Source: Saprospiraceae bacterium (GTDB lineage Bacteria; Bacteroidota; Bacteroidia; Chitinophagales; Saprospiraceae). Taken from it: a stretch of DNA of 64,000 nt. Under the pieces are notes generated by a model. That model had not been told where the DNA came from. It was given only the letters and a program-made list of their open reading frames with translations, and did no database searches. The stretch is from contig CATQHI010000008.1 in NCBI GenBank assembly GCA_958295895.1, forward strand, positions 119,663 to 183,662. Direction: 5' to 3'. Of the stretch, positions 47,396-56,772 are shown piece by piece (positions within the stretch are counted from its first letter, which is position 1; every line of letters starts with the position of its first letter). The position numbers and the translations under genes were made by a program.

Positions 47396-49552
47396 ATGCA
47401 AGTAGATGATAATCAGGACCCGCAAGTAGACGGGACCGAGGAGACCTCCACCGATTCCCTTACCCCGGAGGCCCAACCCACCATTGAAGAACAAGCCAAC
47501 CCCGGCGCTGCCGCGGACGGCTCTATCTCTGTAAGCGAGACCCGGTCCGTGATCAAGCCCACACCCGGCGCCCCCGCCGAGGTCGTAGATGAGGCACTGG
47601 AAGACGCCACCGAAAGCCTCGACGAGGAGGAAGAATCCTCTGCGCCTACCGCCAAGGTGATCCGCAAGGAAAGCTCCAAGGTATCCGTAGCCCTGACCGA
47701 AGAGGTGAAGGAGGAAGCCGTGGAAATCGAAGAAGCCGATACCAGCGGTGCTACCGGCTCCGCCCACGACGATTTTGCCTGGGATGCCATTGCCAAGATC
47801 GACAACCGCTACAGCGATGCCGAGCGCCTGGCCATGGAAAAGGAGTACGAGGCCTCGATGACCAACATCCAGGAAGCCGAGATCATGTCGGCCAAGGTGT
47901 CGGCCATCATCGACGGCGACGTCATCCTGGACCTCAACTACAAGAGCGACGGACTGCTGCCCCTCTCCGAGTTCCGCGATCAGGATATCGAGGTCGGTAC
48001 GACCGTAGAGGTCTACGTAGAACAACAGGAGGATGAGCGCGGCCAGCTCGTACTCAGCCGCCGCAAAGCCAAGTTGCTCCGGGCCTGGGATCGCATCCGC
48101 GACTCCTACGCTAATGGCACCGTAATCAACGGTAAGGTAATCAGCAAGACCAAGGGCGGCCTCATTGCCGACTGCGGTGGACTGGAGACCTTCCTACCCG
48201 GCTCGCAGATCGACATCAAGCCCATCATCGACTACGATGCCTACGTGGGCAAGACCATGGAATTCAAGGTGGTTAAGATCAACGAGACCATCAAGAACGC
48301 CGTAGTGAGCCATAAGGCCCTCATCGAGTCCGATCTGGCCGAGCAGCGCGAGGCCATCATCGCCAGCCTCGAGCGCGGTCAGGTACTGGAGGGTATCGTC
48401 AAGAACATCACCGACTTCGGGGCCTTCCTCGACCTGGGTGGCGTCGACGGACTACTCTACATCACCGACATCAGCTGGGGCCGGATCAACCACCCCTCCG
48501 ACATCCTGGAGCTCAACCAGAAGGTCAACGTGGCCGTACTGGACTTCGACGAGAACAAAAAGCGGATCAGCCTCGGCCTGAAGCAACTCCAGCCCCACCC
48601 CTGGGAGGTACTGGACGAGAACATCACCGAGGGCAGCACCGTCGAGGGCCGCGTAGTCAACATCGAAGACTACGGTGCCTTCCTCGAAATCATGCCCGGT
48701 GTAGAAGGCCTGGTGCACGTCAGCGAGGTAACCTGGAGCAACCAGCCCATCAACGCCCGCGAGTACTTCACCGTCGGCGAGACCCGCGACGCCAAGGTGG
48801 TCACCATCGACCGCGACGACCGCAAGATGTCGCTATCGATCAAGCAGCTGCAGCAGGATCCCTGGGATACGATCAACATCAACTTCCCCGTCGGCTCCAA
48901 GCACACCGGTAAGGTCAAGAACCTCACCCCCTATGGTGTATTCGTCGAGCTCAATGACGGCATCGGCGGTATGATCCACATCAGCGACCTGAGCTGGACC
49001 AAACGCTTCGGCCACCCCAGCGAGTTCGTCAAGGTGGGTGATGACATCGACACCGTAGTACTGGAAGTGGATGACCGCGACCGCAAAATGTCGCTCGGCC
49101 ACAAGCAACTCGAGGAGAACCCCTGGGACAGCTTCGAGAGCGTCTTCCCCGAGGGTAGCTACCACGAGGCCACCGTGCTGCGTAAGGACGACCGCGGTGC
49201 CATCGTACAGATGCCCTACGGTCTGGAAGCCTACGCACCGATCAAGCTCATGCGTAAGGAGGACGGTACCATCGCCGAGGTGGACGAGACGCTGACCGTA
49301 AAGGTCATCGAGTTCGACCGCGACCAGAAGAAGCTGATGGTCAGCCACAGCCGCTACGTCAACGACATTCGCCGCGAGGCCAAGGACACCGTCGTGCGCG
49401 AGCGCCGCGAGGAGCAGCAGTACACCCGCAAGGCCGTCAAGCAGACCAACGCCAGCAACGAGCGCTCCACCCTGGGTGATCTGAGCGCCTTCGAGCAGCT
49501 GCGCGAGCAGCTCAGCAACGAAGGAGAAGACAATGAGGACGACGACAACTAG
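47396..49552 (+). CDS. rpsA: 30S ribosomal protein S1 with acidic N-terminal extension
   Basis: 718 aa with six S1 (OB-fold) repeats, e.g. GQVLEGIVKNITDFGAFLDLGGVDGLLYITDIS and GSTVEGRVVNIEDYGAFLEI. About 125 aa of acidic low-complexity sequence precede the conserved DFAWDA start region. A TATCTTTG box lies at 47298-47305. Confidence 0.9.
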   Translation: MQVDDNQDPQVDGTEETSTDSLTPEAQPTIEEQANPGAAADGSISVSETRSVIKPTPGAPAEVVDEALEDATESLDEEEESSAPTAKVIRKESSKVSVALTEEVKEEAVEIEEADTSGATGSAHDDFAWDAIAKIDNRYSDAERLAMEKEYEASMTNIQEAEIMSAKVSAIIDGDVILDLNYKSDGLLPLSEFRDQDIEVGTTVEVYVEQQEDERGQLVLSRRKAKLLRAWDRIRDSYANGTVINGKVISKTKGGLIADCGGLETFLPGSQIDIKPIIDYDAYVGKTMEFKVVKINETIKNAVVSHKALIESDLAEQREAIIASLERGQVLEGIVKNITDFGAFLDLGGVDGLLYITDISWGRINHPSDILELNQKVNVAVLDFDENKKRISLGLKQLQPHPWEVLDENITEGSTVEGRVVNIEDYGAFLEIMPGVEGLVHVSEVTWSNQPINAREYFTVGETRDAKVVTIDRDDRKMSLSIKQLQQDPWDTININFPVGSKHTGKVKNLTPYGVFVELNDGIGGMIHISDLSWTKRFGHPSEFVKVGDDIDTVVLEVDDRDRKMSLGHKQLEENPWDSFESVFPEGSYHEATVLRKDDRGAIVQMPYGLEAYAPIKLMRKEDGTIAEVDETLTVKVIEFDRDQKKLMVSHSRYVNDIRREAKDTVVRERREEQQYTRKAVKQTNASNERSTLGDLSAFEQLREQLSNEGEDNEDDDN

Positions 49553-49579
49553 TCACTGCCCGTAGCTATTGATTGACAC

Positions 49580-49616
49580 AAGGCCACGCTGCTTCGGTAG
49601 CGTGGCCTTTTCTTTG
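49580..49616 (+). terminator. Rho-independent terminator after rpsA
   Basis: aaggccacgct (49580-49590) pairs with agcgtggcctt (49599-49609), followed by ttctttg. Confidence 0.6.
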
Positions 49617-49623
49617 TGCCCCC

Positions 49624-50553
49624 ATGCTTCAGGAGTACTACTACCACGGCAAACTACTGCTGACCGGCGAATACTTCGTGCTCGACGGCGCGACCGCCCT
49701 GGCCATTCCCACCCGGCCGGGCCAGCGCTTTACGGTTACGCCGTATCCCTTCCCGACCCGCTACGATCTGACGTGGTCGGTCGGCGGTGTCAGCACTTCC
49801 CAGCCGATAAGTAGCTACTCTTTCCATGCCGGGGAATGGAAGGATCCGCGGCCGGGCGGGAAGCCGGTTCGGGACCGCCTGCTGCAACTATTTCACGCGG
49901 CGGAGCAGCTCAGGCCGGGCTGTACGGAGGAGGTACTGGTCGGTAAGCACGTAGACTGTTACCTTGAGTTCGAGCCTAACTGGGGACTGGGTAGTAGCTC
50001 CACGCTAGTCAGCTTTCTGGCCGAGTTTCTCGGGATGGACCCCTACGCCCTGCTGGCCGGCACCTTCGGCGGTAGCGGCTACGATCTAGCCTGCGCCACC
50101 GCCGCGGGCCCCGTCCTGTACGAGCGAGGAGAATCCGGCAGGCCCCTGGTCACCCCCATCGACTGGCGAACGGACTGGCTCCGGCAGACCTACTTCGTGC
50201 ACCGCAACCGAAAACAGGATAGTCGGCAGGGTATTCGGGCGTACCGAGCGGCGGACGTGGCACCCCAGGTGGCCGGGGAGGTAAGTGAGCTCACCGGTCT
50301 TTTACAAGCTACGCTGCACCTGCGCGCCGCCGCCCAACTGCTCGCACGGCACGAACGACTTATTGCCGAAGCGCTAGCGTTGCGCCCCGTGCAGGAAACA
50401 TTTCCCGACTTCCCCGGTACACTCAAAAGCCTGGGTGCCTGGGGCGGCGACTTCATCTGGGCCCTGAGCGAGCAACCTAGGGAACGGCTGCGGGCCTACT
50501 TCGCCGAGCGGGGCTACGGCACCTTCATCCCCTACCACGATATGGCACTATGA
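49624..50553 (+). CDS. GHMP-kinase-fold protein, GYDIA-family-like
   Basis: ATG 49624 (MLQEYYYHGKLLLTGEYFVLDGA...). It has a GHMP motif II-like NWGLGSSST and GSGYDLACA in place of the GYDIA signature. The family name is from memory and unverified. Confidence 0.6.
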   Translation: MLQEYYYHGKLLLTGEYFVLDGATALAIPTRPGQRFTVTPYPFPTRYDLTWSVGGVSTSQPISSYSFHAGEWKDPRPGGKPVRDRLLQLFHAAEQLRPGCTEEVLVGKHVDCYLEFEPNWGLGSSSTLVSFLAEFLGMDPYALLAGTFGGSGYDLACATAAGPVLYERGESGRPLVTPIDWRTDWLRQTYFVHRNRKQDSRQGIRAYRAADVAPQVAGEVSELTGLLQATLHLRAAAQLLARHERLIAEALALRPVQETFPDFPGTLKSLGAWGGDFIWALSEQPRERLRAYFAERGYGTFIPYHDMAL

Positions 50554-51281
50554 GTAAATGGAAGGAGGCGGTGATCACGCGCACCCAGGACCGGAGCCCT
50601 ACGGTACGCAGTTTCTGGGTGGCCCTACCCGACCGCGAGCGGCTTGACTTTCGGCCCGGACAGTTTCTGACCCTCGACCTGCCCATCAGCGAGAACCGCC
50701 GCGAGCGCTGGCGCAGCTACTCCATTGCCTCGCCCCCCAACGAGACCAACGAAGCCGAGCTCTGCATCGTACAGCTTCCGGGCGGGCGGGGCACCAAGTA
50801 CCTTTTCGAGGAGGCCGGGGCGGGGACGCAGGTGCTGACCAAGGAGCCAGGGGGCGTATTTACCCTACCCGAACGGCCGCTCGACCATGACCTAGTGATG
50901 GTCTGTACGGGCACCGGGGTGGCGCCCTTTCGGTCCATGCTCTACCAGCGCCTGCCCCGGGAGAAACGCCACTTTCACCTCATCTTCGGCTGCCGGCGGC
51001 CGGAGGATTTGCTCTACCGGGAGGAATTCGAGCGACTGGGCGAGCGGTATCCCAACTTCACCTATACGACTACGCTGAGCCGTGAACTTCCCGGAGAAAC
51101 TACCTCATTTGAAGCCCTAGCAGGTTACGTGCACCAGGTGTACCAGCGCGACTACGCTACGCCCCGCAGCGATCTGCGGTTTTACCTCTGTGGCTGGAGT
51201 GCGATGGTCGACGAGGCGCGCGCCAGTCTCCTCGGTATGGGTTACGCCGAGCAGCAGGTTATTTTGGAGCTCTACGGCTAG
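50550..51281 (+). CDS. Ferredoxin-NADP reductase-type FAD/NAD(P)-binding oxidoreductase
   Basis: 243 aa. It has the RSYSIAS FAD-binding motif and the GTGVAPFRSM NAD(P)-binding motif. The ATG overlaps the upstream stop (ATGA). Confidence 0.8.
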   Translation: MSKWKEAVITRTQDRSPTVRSFWVALPDRERLDFRPGQFLTLDLPISENRRERWRSYSIASPPNETNEAELCIVQLPGGRGTKYLFEEAGAGTQVLTKEPGGVFTLPERPLDHDLVMVCTGTGVAPFRSMLYQRLPREKRHFHLIFGCRRPEDLLYREEFERLGERYPNFTYTTTLSRELPGETTSFEALAGYVHQVYQRDYATPRSDLRFYLCGWSAMVDEARASLLGMGYAEQQVILELYG

Positions 51282-51294
51282 CCGCTTATCTTTG
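51264..51294 (+). promoter_or_regulatory. Putative promoter (-33 TTG / -7 TATCTTTG) for tRNA-Met
   Basis: TTG at 51264-51266, a 20-nt spacer, then TATCTTTG at 51287-51294. The box ends 10 nt before the tRNA 5' end. The promoter lies inside the 3' end of the upstream CDS. Confidence 0.45.
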
Positions 51295-51304
51295 CGCGCT
51301 GACC

Positions 51305-51377
51305 GGGCCCATAGCTCAGCGGTTAGAGCCGCGGACTCATAATCCGTTGGTCGTAGGTTCAAATCCTACTGGGCCCA
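51305..51377 (+). tRNA. tRNA with CAT anticodon (elongator Met, or Ile2 if lysidine-modified)
   Basis: Manual cloverleaf fold. Acceptor stem gggccca/tgggccc is fully paired, so this is not an initiator. D arm gctc-agcggtta-gagc; anticodon stem gcgga/tccgt with loop ctCATaa; T arm gtagg-ttcaaat-cctac. Confidence 0.85.
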
Positions 51378-51402
51378 CGAGGTAGACCCCCTGCGGGGGG
51401 TA

Positions 51403-51485
51403 GACCGCTTCGCTCGTTAGCGGCAATCAGTACAATGCTGCCTCCGGCTGCGCTGCTGTTCGGTGGCGAACCAAGCCTCGTGAGG
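51403..51485. repeat. REP-like imperfect palindromic element downstream of tRNA-Met
   Basis: The left unit gaccgcttcgctcgttagcgg (51403-51423) and right unit tcggtggcgaaccaagcctcgtgagg (51460-51485) resemble the two arms of 40755-40840. Confidence 0.55.
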
Positions 51486-51512
51486 ATAGGTTACCCCACA
51501 AAGCCCTTCACC

Positions 51513-51725
51513 ATGCAATTTAACCGCACGCCCACCCGCTACCGCCTCTTCGACGCCAAAAGTCAACGCCCCCTTCTGGCCGACGATAAGGACGATAAAA
51601 AGACCGACAAGACCCCGAAAAAAGACCACGCCGATCAGGACGATGACGACCTGAAGAACGTGGACCAGAGCAAGGGCGGCTACGGTCACGGCACCGGCTT
51701 CGATGACGACGACGAGCGCCGCTAG
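51513..51725 (+). CDS. Small highly charged, probably disordered protein (hypothetical)
   Basis: 70 aa from ATG 51513 (MQFNRTPTRYRLF...DKDDKKTDKTPKKDHADQDDDDLKNVDQSKGGYGHGTGFDDDDERR). The longer track ORF would read through the REP-like element. Coding status is uncertain. Confidence 0.35.
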   Translation: MQFNRTPTRYRLFDAKSQRPLLADDKDDKKTDKTPKKDHADQDDDDLKNVDQSKGGYGHGTGFDDDDERR

Positions 51726-51738
51726 TTATCGGGGGGAC

Positions 51739-52545
51739 CTATTTCTTTTTGCGTTCTTCCTCGATCACCTGTACTAGGGTTTTTACCTCGGTAGTGAAGT
51801 CCTTTTCCAAAATCCAACGCAGGTAGCTTGGCTCCTTGGCGAAAACCTCGGCGACGGGCTTGCCGGCGTGTTTGCCGAAGTTGAATACGGGTACGCCGTC
51901 GGGACCGCGCTTAAGGCGGCGGGTGGCATCCAGGAAGCGGTCGTCTTTGCAGAAATCGGCCACGGCATCTAGGTCGGCGAAGGGCTCGATGACGGTACCA
52001 TCCTCGCGTTCGTAGGTCGCGCCGGCATAGTGACGCAGCTGCCCGGTGAATACATCGACCGTAGCGCGCACGTCGGCCAGCGCATCGTGGGCATTTTCCA
52101 TCTTCTTGCCGGCGTAGAACTTGAGGGCGGCGCTCAGCGTACGCGGCTCCATCTGGTAGAAGATTTGCTGGGCGTCGATCAGGCGGCGGCCGCTGGTGTC
52201 AAAAAAGATACCGGCGCGGTAGAACTCCTCCTGTAGCAGGGGCACGTCGTAGCGGTTTGAGTTGTAGCCCGCTAGATCGGCCTTTCCGATAAAGTCCTGA
52301 ACTTTAGTGGCTACCTCCTGAAAAGTAGGCGCATCGCGCACGTCGGCATCGCTGAGTCCGTGAATGGCGCTGGCCTCGGCGCTGATCGGTACGGTGGGGT
52401 TGATCTTCATTTCCAGCTCCTGCTGCGGACTGCCGTCGGCAAAGAGCTTGATGAGGGCAATCTGCACGATGCGGTCGCGCGTCAGGTTGAGTCCGGTGGC
52501 CTCGAGGTCGAAGAAGACCAGGTCGTTGGTGAGGGGAAGGGTCAT
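51739..52545 (-). CDS. DnaQ/epsilon-like 3'-5' exonuclease with C-terminal accessory domain
   Basis: 268 aa with Exo I (VFFDLEATGL), Exo II (LAGYNSNRYDVPLL) and Exo III (HDALADVRAT) motifs. Confidence 0.85.
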   Translation of the reverse strand: MTLPLTNDLVFFDLEATGLNLTRDRIVQIALIKLFADGSPQQELEMKINPTVPISAEASAIHGLSDADVRDAPTFQEVATKVQDFIGKADLAGYNSNRYDVPLLQEEFYRAGIFFDTSGRRLIDAQQIFYQMEPRTLSAALKFYAGKKMENAHDALADVRATVDVFTGQLRHYAGATYEREDGTVIEPFADLDAVADFCKDDRFLDATRRLKRGPDGVPVFNFGKHAGKPVAEVFAKEPSYLRWILEKDFTTEVKTLVQVIEEERKKK

Positions 52546-52557
52546 GGTGTAGCAAGG

Positions 52558-53544
52558 TTAGGCCAGAAGCCGAAGGTAAAGTGCGTGGTAGGCGGCGGTC
52601 ATTTTCCGCACGTCAAACCGTTCCACCGCATAGGTACGACACACGGCGCGATCGAGGGCGGCGGCCCGGGGGAGGGCGGCGGCAAGTCCTAGCACATCCC
52701 CCACCGGCACGAGGGTACTCACCCGATCGTCCAATAACTCCGGTGCGGCCCCGCTCGCAAATCCCGCCACCGGCGTACCGCAGGCCAGCAGCTCCGGAAT
52801 CACCAGGCCGAAGGGCTCGTCCCACACCGAGGTAAACAGCCCCACCGCCACGGCCGTATGGGGCAGTAACTCCGCGCCTCCCAGGTGGCCCAGGTAAACC
52901 GCGTCTTCTCCCAGGAGAGGCAGCAGTTGTGTTGCGTGGTAATCCTTATCCACCACCGGACCGGCCAGTTCCAGCGTGTAGCCCGCCCGTCGTGCTGCCA
53001 GCACGGCCAGGTGCGGAGCCTTCTCCGGCGTGATCCGTCCGTACCACAGGGCGGTACACGCAGGTGCAACCCTAGCAAAGGGCCACTCCCCGGGATCAAT
53101 CCCGTTATGAATTACCGGCACCGGCCCCGTATACCGTACCCAACGCTGCGCCAGGTGCGCGCTGATGGCTACGAATGTCGATCCGCAGAGCAGTCGCGAG
53201 GCCACGGCACCCGGCAGTAAGCGCCGGTAAGGCGGCGTGTGCAGGGTAGTGACCACCGGAAAGGGCAGGCGAAACGAAAGCAGCGTGGGCAGAAAGTTGA
53301 TCGTGTTGTTGTGCAGCAGATCGATGGGGGCGGTGCGTAGGTAGCGCAGTAACGTTCGGTAATCTTCAAAATCAGTGATCAGCTCCACCCCCGGCAGCGG
53401 ATCGGAGCCCCGGCGGGCAAAGACGGTCACCGTCTGGCCTAGCTCCGCCAGCCCCCGGGCGAGTTGCACGGTGTGTCGCTCCAGCCCTCCCGCATAGGGT
53501 TCGGTGAGGGGGTACTCCAGGGGGGCCAGCAGCGCCAGTCGCAC
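52558..53544 (-). CDS. Glycosyltransferase family 4 (GT-B fold)
   Basis: 328 aa. It has the N-terminal GGLERHTVQLARGL motif and the C-terminal EPFGLVIPELLACGTPV motif (E-x7-E type). The start is GTG. Confidence 0.8.
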   Translation of the reverse strand: MRLALLAPLEYPLTEPYAGGLERHTVQLARGLAELGQTVTVFARRGSDPLPGVELITDFEDYRTLLRYLRTAPIDLLHNNTINFLPTLLSFRLPFPVVTTLHTPPYRRLLPGAVASRLLCGSTFVAISAHLAQRWVRYTGPVPVIHNGIDPGEWPFARVAPACTALWYGRITPEKAPHLAVLAARRAGYTLELAGPVVDKDYHATQLLPLLGEDAVYLGHLGGAELLPHTAVAVGLFTSVWDEPFGLVIPELLACGTPVAGFASGAAPELLDDRVSTLVPVGDVLGLAAALPRAAALDRAVCRTYAVERFDVRKMTAAYHALYLRLLA

Positions 53545-53548
53545 GAAC

Positions 53549-55963
53549 CTACGCGGGCTGTAGCGCGTCGACGAACCCGAGCTGGAGCTCCAGCTCGCGG
53601 GCCAGGCCTAGTCCGGCCGTACGCTCCGAGGTGGTGAGGGAATTGGCGTAGTCAGGCGTCCAGGCTTTGAGCAGGCTGGTCTGGGCGCGGTAAAAGTTGG
53701 GTTGTAGACCCAGCTGGCGCAGCGCATGGACCAGTTCCAGGATCCACTGCCACAGGGCGGGCTGCCGGACTGCCTGCTGAATCAGGGCGTGGATCCGCTG
53801 CTCTGCAGCGTTTTCCAGTAGGGCCGGTTCCTTGTAGCGATGGTTCCAGTGGCGGTGGTCGGCCACGATACGCTGTAGGCGGGGGCGGTCTACCCCCTGC
53901 TGGGCCGAAAGTAGGTTCAGGAGTCGCCGCCGCATCGTGAAACTAATGGTAGCTCGGTAACTATCGGGCAGCGGGAGCCCACTAGCCCGCATGGTGCTCA
54001 TCAGCTGGTAGTTGTCGTAGTAGACGTCCGAAAAACTGGCCGCGGCAATGTCTAGCGTGCGCTCCGTCATCTCCAGCAGAATCTTGCGCTTCTCATCGCG
54101 GAACAGGTGGTAGACCGAAAAGCTCTGGTGGCAGAAGTAGTCCTTCATGAGGTTGATCACCTCACTGACGTGTCCGTCGCGGAACTCCTGCTCGAGCTCC
54201 GGTAGCAGCCCGTTGAACTGCTCGGCGGACATATCCTGACAGATTTCCCCAATCATCGCCTGCTGCCCCAGGTACAGCACCGCGTAGCTGAAGGCCGACG
54301 AGCTGTGGGTGATCTTGGACACGATGCGCATCTGGCCCACCGTGAGCCGAAACGCACCGGCCCGGAACTGCCGCAGGGCCTGTAGCTCACTCCGGTAGTT
54401 GAACAGTTCCAACTGCGCGGGCTGCTCCTCGAATAGACTGGCGGCAGCGAAGTGCATGCCTACCCGGAGTAGACCCACCCGGGCCGGCATGACGGTATCG
54501 CGGTAGGCTACCGCGGCACTGGGTAGTACGTTGCTTTCGATGTGCTCCAGAGCGGCGACGAAGTCCGTGTGGTAGTCCTTACCGGTGAGTACCTCACAAA
54601 GATGTAGGGCCCGGTTAGCGTACTGTAGCACCTGGAGGGTTTCGATACCGGTCACCTCGTTGAAGAACCAGGCGCAGCTGGTGTACATCAGCATCGCGTG
54701 CCGCTGCATTTCCAGTAGCCGGAGCATCCTGATCTTTTGCTGGTCGGTGACGGAATCAAGTTTCGCCACCCGGCTAATGAAGGCGGCGGTCTGCTCGGTC
54801 GAGCGGTCCAGCACCAGGTCGATGTACCGGTCGCGAGCCGCCCAGCAGTCGGTGAATAAGCTTCCACCCTCCGTTTCGAATACCTCGATTAACCGGTCGC
54901 GTACCCCATCCAGCGCGGCACGCAGGGGGGCACGCCAGCGCTGGTGCCAGCCCGGCCCACCGCCCGTCTCGCAGCCACAGTCGCTACGCCAGCGTTCTAC
55001 CCCGTGCACGCACGACCAGGAGCTCCTTTCGTGGATACGGGCCTCCCAGGTGGGGGGGTGGAGCTTCAGGAACTCCCCGTAATTGGTGAGGTGGTAGTCG
55101 GGGTGCTGATCGATATCGTCCAGGCAGGCGGCCAGGGCCATCTCCCCCTTGCCGTGGTGGTGCCCGTAGCTTTCGCCGTCGGTAGCGATGTGGGCCAGCT
55201 GTACCTCGTCGTTGTGATCGAGGCTATTCATCAGACGATTAGCCAGCAGGCGACCGTCATTAAGGAGGCCCTCAAAGGCTACGGCCTTGGCTACGTCGCC
55301 GTCGTAAAAAAATAAGGCGATGCTGCGGCCACTGGGAAGTACGCAGCGGTAGGGGCGCCGGGTATCTACTCCACCGTGTACCTCGTGCCACTGCTCGCCA
55401 TCGCCGGCCCGTACCGCCCTACACTGCCGGGGGGCTAAGATGGTATAGCGGATGCCGTTATCGACCAGTGCTTCCAGGCAGGCCGTATCGACGGCCGTCT
55501 CGGCGAGCCACATGCCCTCCGGCTGACGGCCGAAGCGGTGAACGAAGTCGGCGATGCCCCACTTGATCTGCGTCTGCTGATCGCGTGCACCGGCCAGCGG
55601 CATGATAATGTGGTTGTAGCTCTGGGCAACGGCCGATCCGTGTCCGCTAAACTGCTGCCGGCTCTGCCGGTCGGCCTCGATGACGTGAGCGTAGGTGGCC
55701 GGATCATGTACCTCCAGCCACGACAGCAGGGTGGGCCCCATGTTCCAGCTGATGCGGGCGTAGTTATTCGATATGCGGGTGATGTGCTGCTCGGAATTCA
55801 GTACCCGAGCCGTGGCATTGGGTGCATAGCATTCTTCATTGATGCGCTCGTTCCAGTCGTGGTAGGGGGCGGCACTATCCTGAATCTCGATCGTTTCCAA
55901 CCAGGCATTCTCACGGGGGGGCTGGTAATAATGACCGTGAATGCAGATATACTTAGTGGGCAT
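53549..55963 (-). CDS. Glycoside hydrolase family 57 protein with long C-terminal domain (DUF3536-like)
   Basis: 804 aa. The N-terminus YICIHGHYYQPPRENAWLE..., plus WLAETAVD and ATDGESYGHH, are GH57 catalytic-region signatures. Confidence 0.85.
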   Translation of the reverse strand: MPTKYICIHGHYYQPPRENAWLETIEIQDSAAPYHDWNERINEECYAPNATARVLNSEQHITRISNNYARISWNMGPTLLSWLEVHDPATYAHVIEADRQSRQQFSGHGSAVAQSYNHIIMPLAGARDQQTQIKWGIADFVHRFGRQPEGMWLAETAVDTACLEALVDNGIRYTILAPRQCRAVRAGDGEQWHEVHGGVDTRRPYRCVLPSGRSIALFFYDGDVAKAVAFEGLLNDGRLLANRLMNSLDHNDEVQLAHIATDGESYGHHHGKGEMALAACLDDIDQHPDYHLTNYGEFLKLHPPTWEARIHERSSWSCVHGVERWRSDCGCETGGGPGWHQRWRAPLRAALDGVRDRLIEVFETEGGSLFTDCWAARDRYIDLVLDRSTEQTAAFISRVAKLDSVTDQQKIRMLRLLEMQRHAMLMYTSCAWFFNEVTGIETLQVLQYANRALHLCEVLTGKDYHTDFVAALEHIESNVLPSAAVAYRDTVMPARVGLLRVGMHFAAASLFEEQPAQLELFNYRSELQALRQFRAGAFRLTVGQMRIVSKITHSSSAFSYAVLYLGQQAMIGEICQDMSAEQFNGLLPELEQEFRDGHVSEVINLMKDYFCHQSFSVYHLFRDEKRKILLEMTERTLDIAAASFSDVYYDNYQLMSTMRASGLPLPDSYRATISFTMRRRLLNLLSAQQGVDRPRLQRIVADHRHWNHRYKEPALLENAAEQRIHALIQQAVRQPALWQWILELVHALRQLGLQPNFYRAQTSLLKAWTPDYANSLTTSERTAGLGLARELELQLGFVDALQPA

Positions 55964-56093
55964 TCCGCAAAGGTAGTGCCCCTGCGGAGGAGCGCGGGGT
56001 CAACCCTGCCCGGACTGCTACGTTGTAGCAAGGCGGCGGTCGGACACCACTTGTCGTGGCCTTACGCACATTAATTCATTCATCCCACCCACT

Positions 56094-56699
56094 ATGTTCA
56101 CCCTTCCCAATCTTCCCTATCCCTTCAATGCCCTCGAGCCCAGCATCGATGCCCGCACGATGGAAATCCACCACGATAAGCACCACGCTGGCTACACCAC
56201 TAAGCTAAATGCCGCCCTGGAAGGTACCGATATGGGCGATAAGTCCATCGAGGATATCCTCAAAAACATCAGCAGCGCCAGCACTACGGTGCGTAATAAC
56301 GGAGGGGGCTACTACAATCACAGCCTCTTCTGGACGGTGATGAGCCCCAACGGCGGTGGCCAGCCCAGTGGCGAACTGGCCCAGGCCATTGATAAAGCTT
56401 TCGGTAGCTACGACGCCTTTAAGCAGAAGTTTTCCGACGCTGCCGGTGGGCAGTTTGGCTCCGGCTGGGCCTGGCTCATCGTCAAGGACAACGGCGAATT
56501 GGCCGTGACCTCCACTGCGAATCAGGACAACCCCCTGATGGATGTAGTCGACGAAAAGGGCACCCCTATCCTCGGCCTCGACGTCTGGGAGCACGCCTAT
56601 TACCTCAATTACCAGAATCGCCGGCCGGATTATATCTCGGCCTTTTTCGACGTGGTCGACTGGCAGGAGGTCAACCGCCGCTACATGGCCGCGAAGTAA
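56094..56699 (+). CDS. Fe/Mn superoxide dismutase
   Basis: 201 aa. [25 protein letters not shown] and [18 protein letters not shown] are canonical Fe/Mn-SOD motifs. Confidence 0.95.
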   Translation: MFTLPNLPYPFNALEPSIDARTMEIHHDKHHAGYTTKLNAALEGTDMGDKSIEDILKNISSASTTVRNNGGGYYNHSLFWTVMSPNGGGQPSGELAQAIDKAFGSYDAFKQKFSDAAGGQFGSGWAWLIVKDNGELAVTSTANQDNPLMDVVDEKGTPILGLDVWEHAYYLNYQNRRPDYISAFFDVVDWQEVNRRYMAAK

Positions 56700-56714
56700 G
56701 CTGACCGTAACGCA

Positions 56715-56757
56715 CAAAAAAACCGCCATCCGTTTCCGGATGGCGGTTTTCTTTTTT
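56715..56757. terminator. Bidirectional rho-independent terminator
   Basis: accgccatccg (56722-56732) pairs with cggatggcggt (56737-56747), with a 4-nt loop, an A-run upstream and a T-run downstream. It sits between convergent genes. Confidence 0.7.
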
Positions 56758-56772
56758 GACCTACCTGGCGGA

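Noticed and set aside
51117-51362. 81-aa minus-strand ORF.
   Set aside because: It overlaps the tRNA (CAT) gene and the 3' end of the FNR-like CDS, so it is an artefact.
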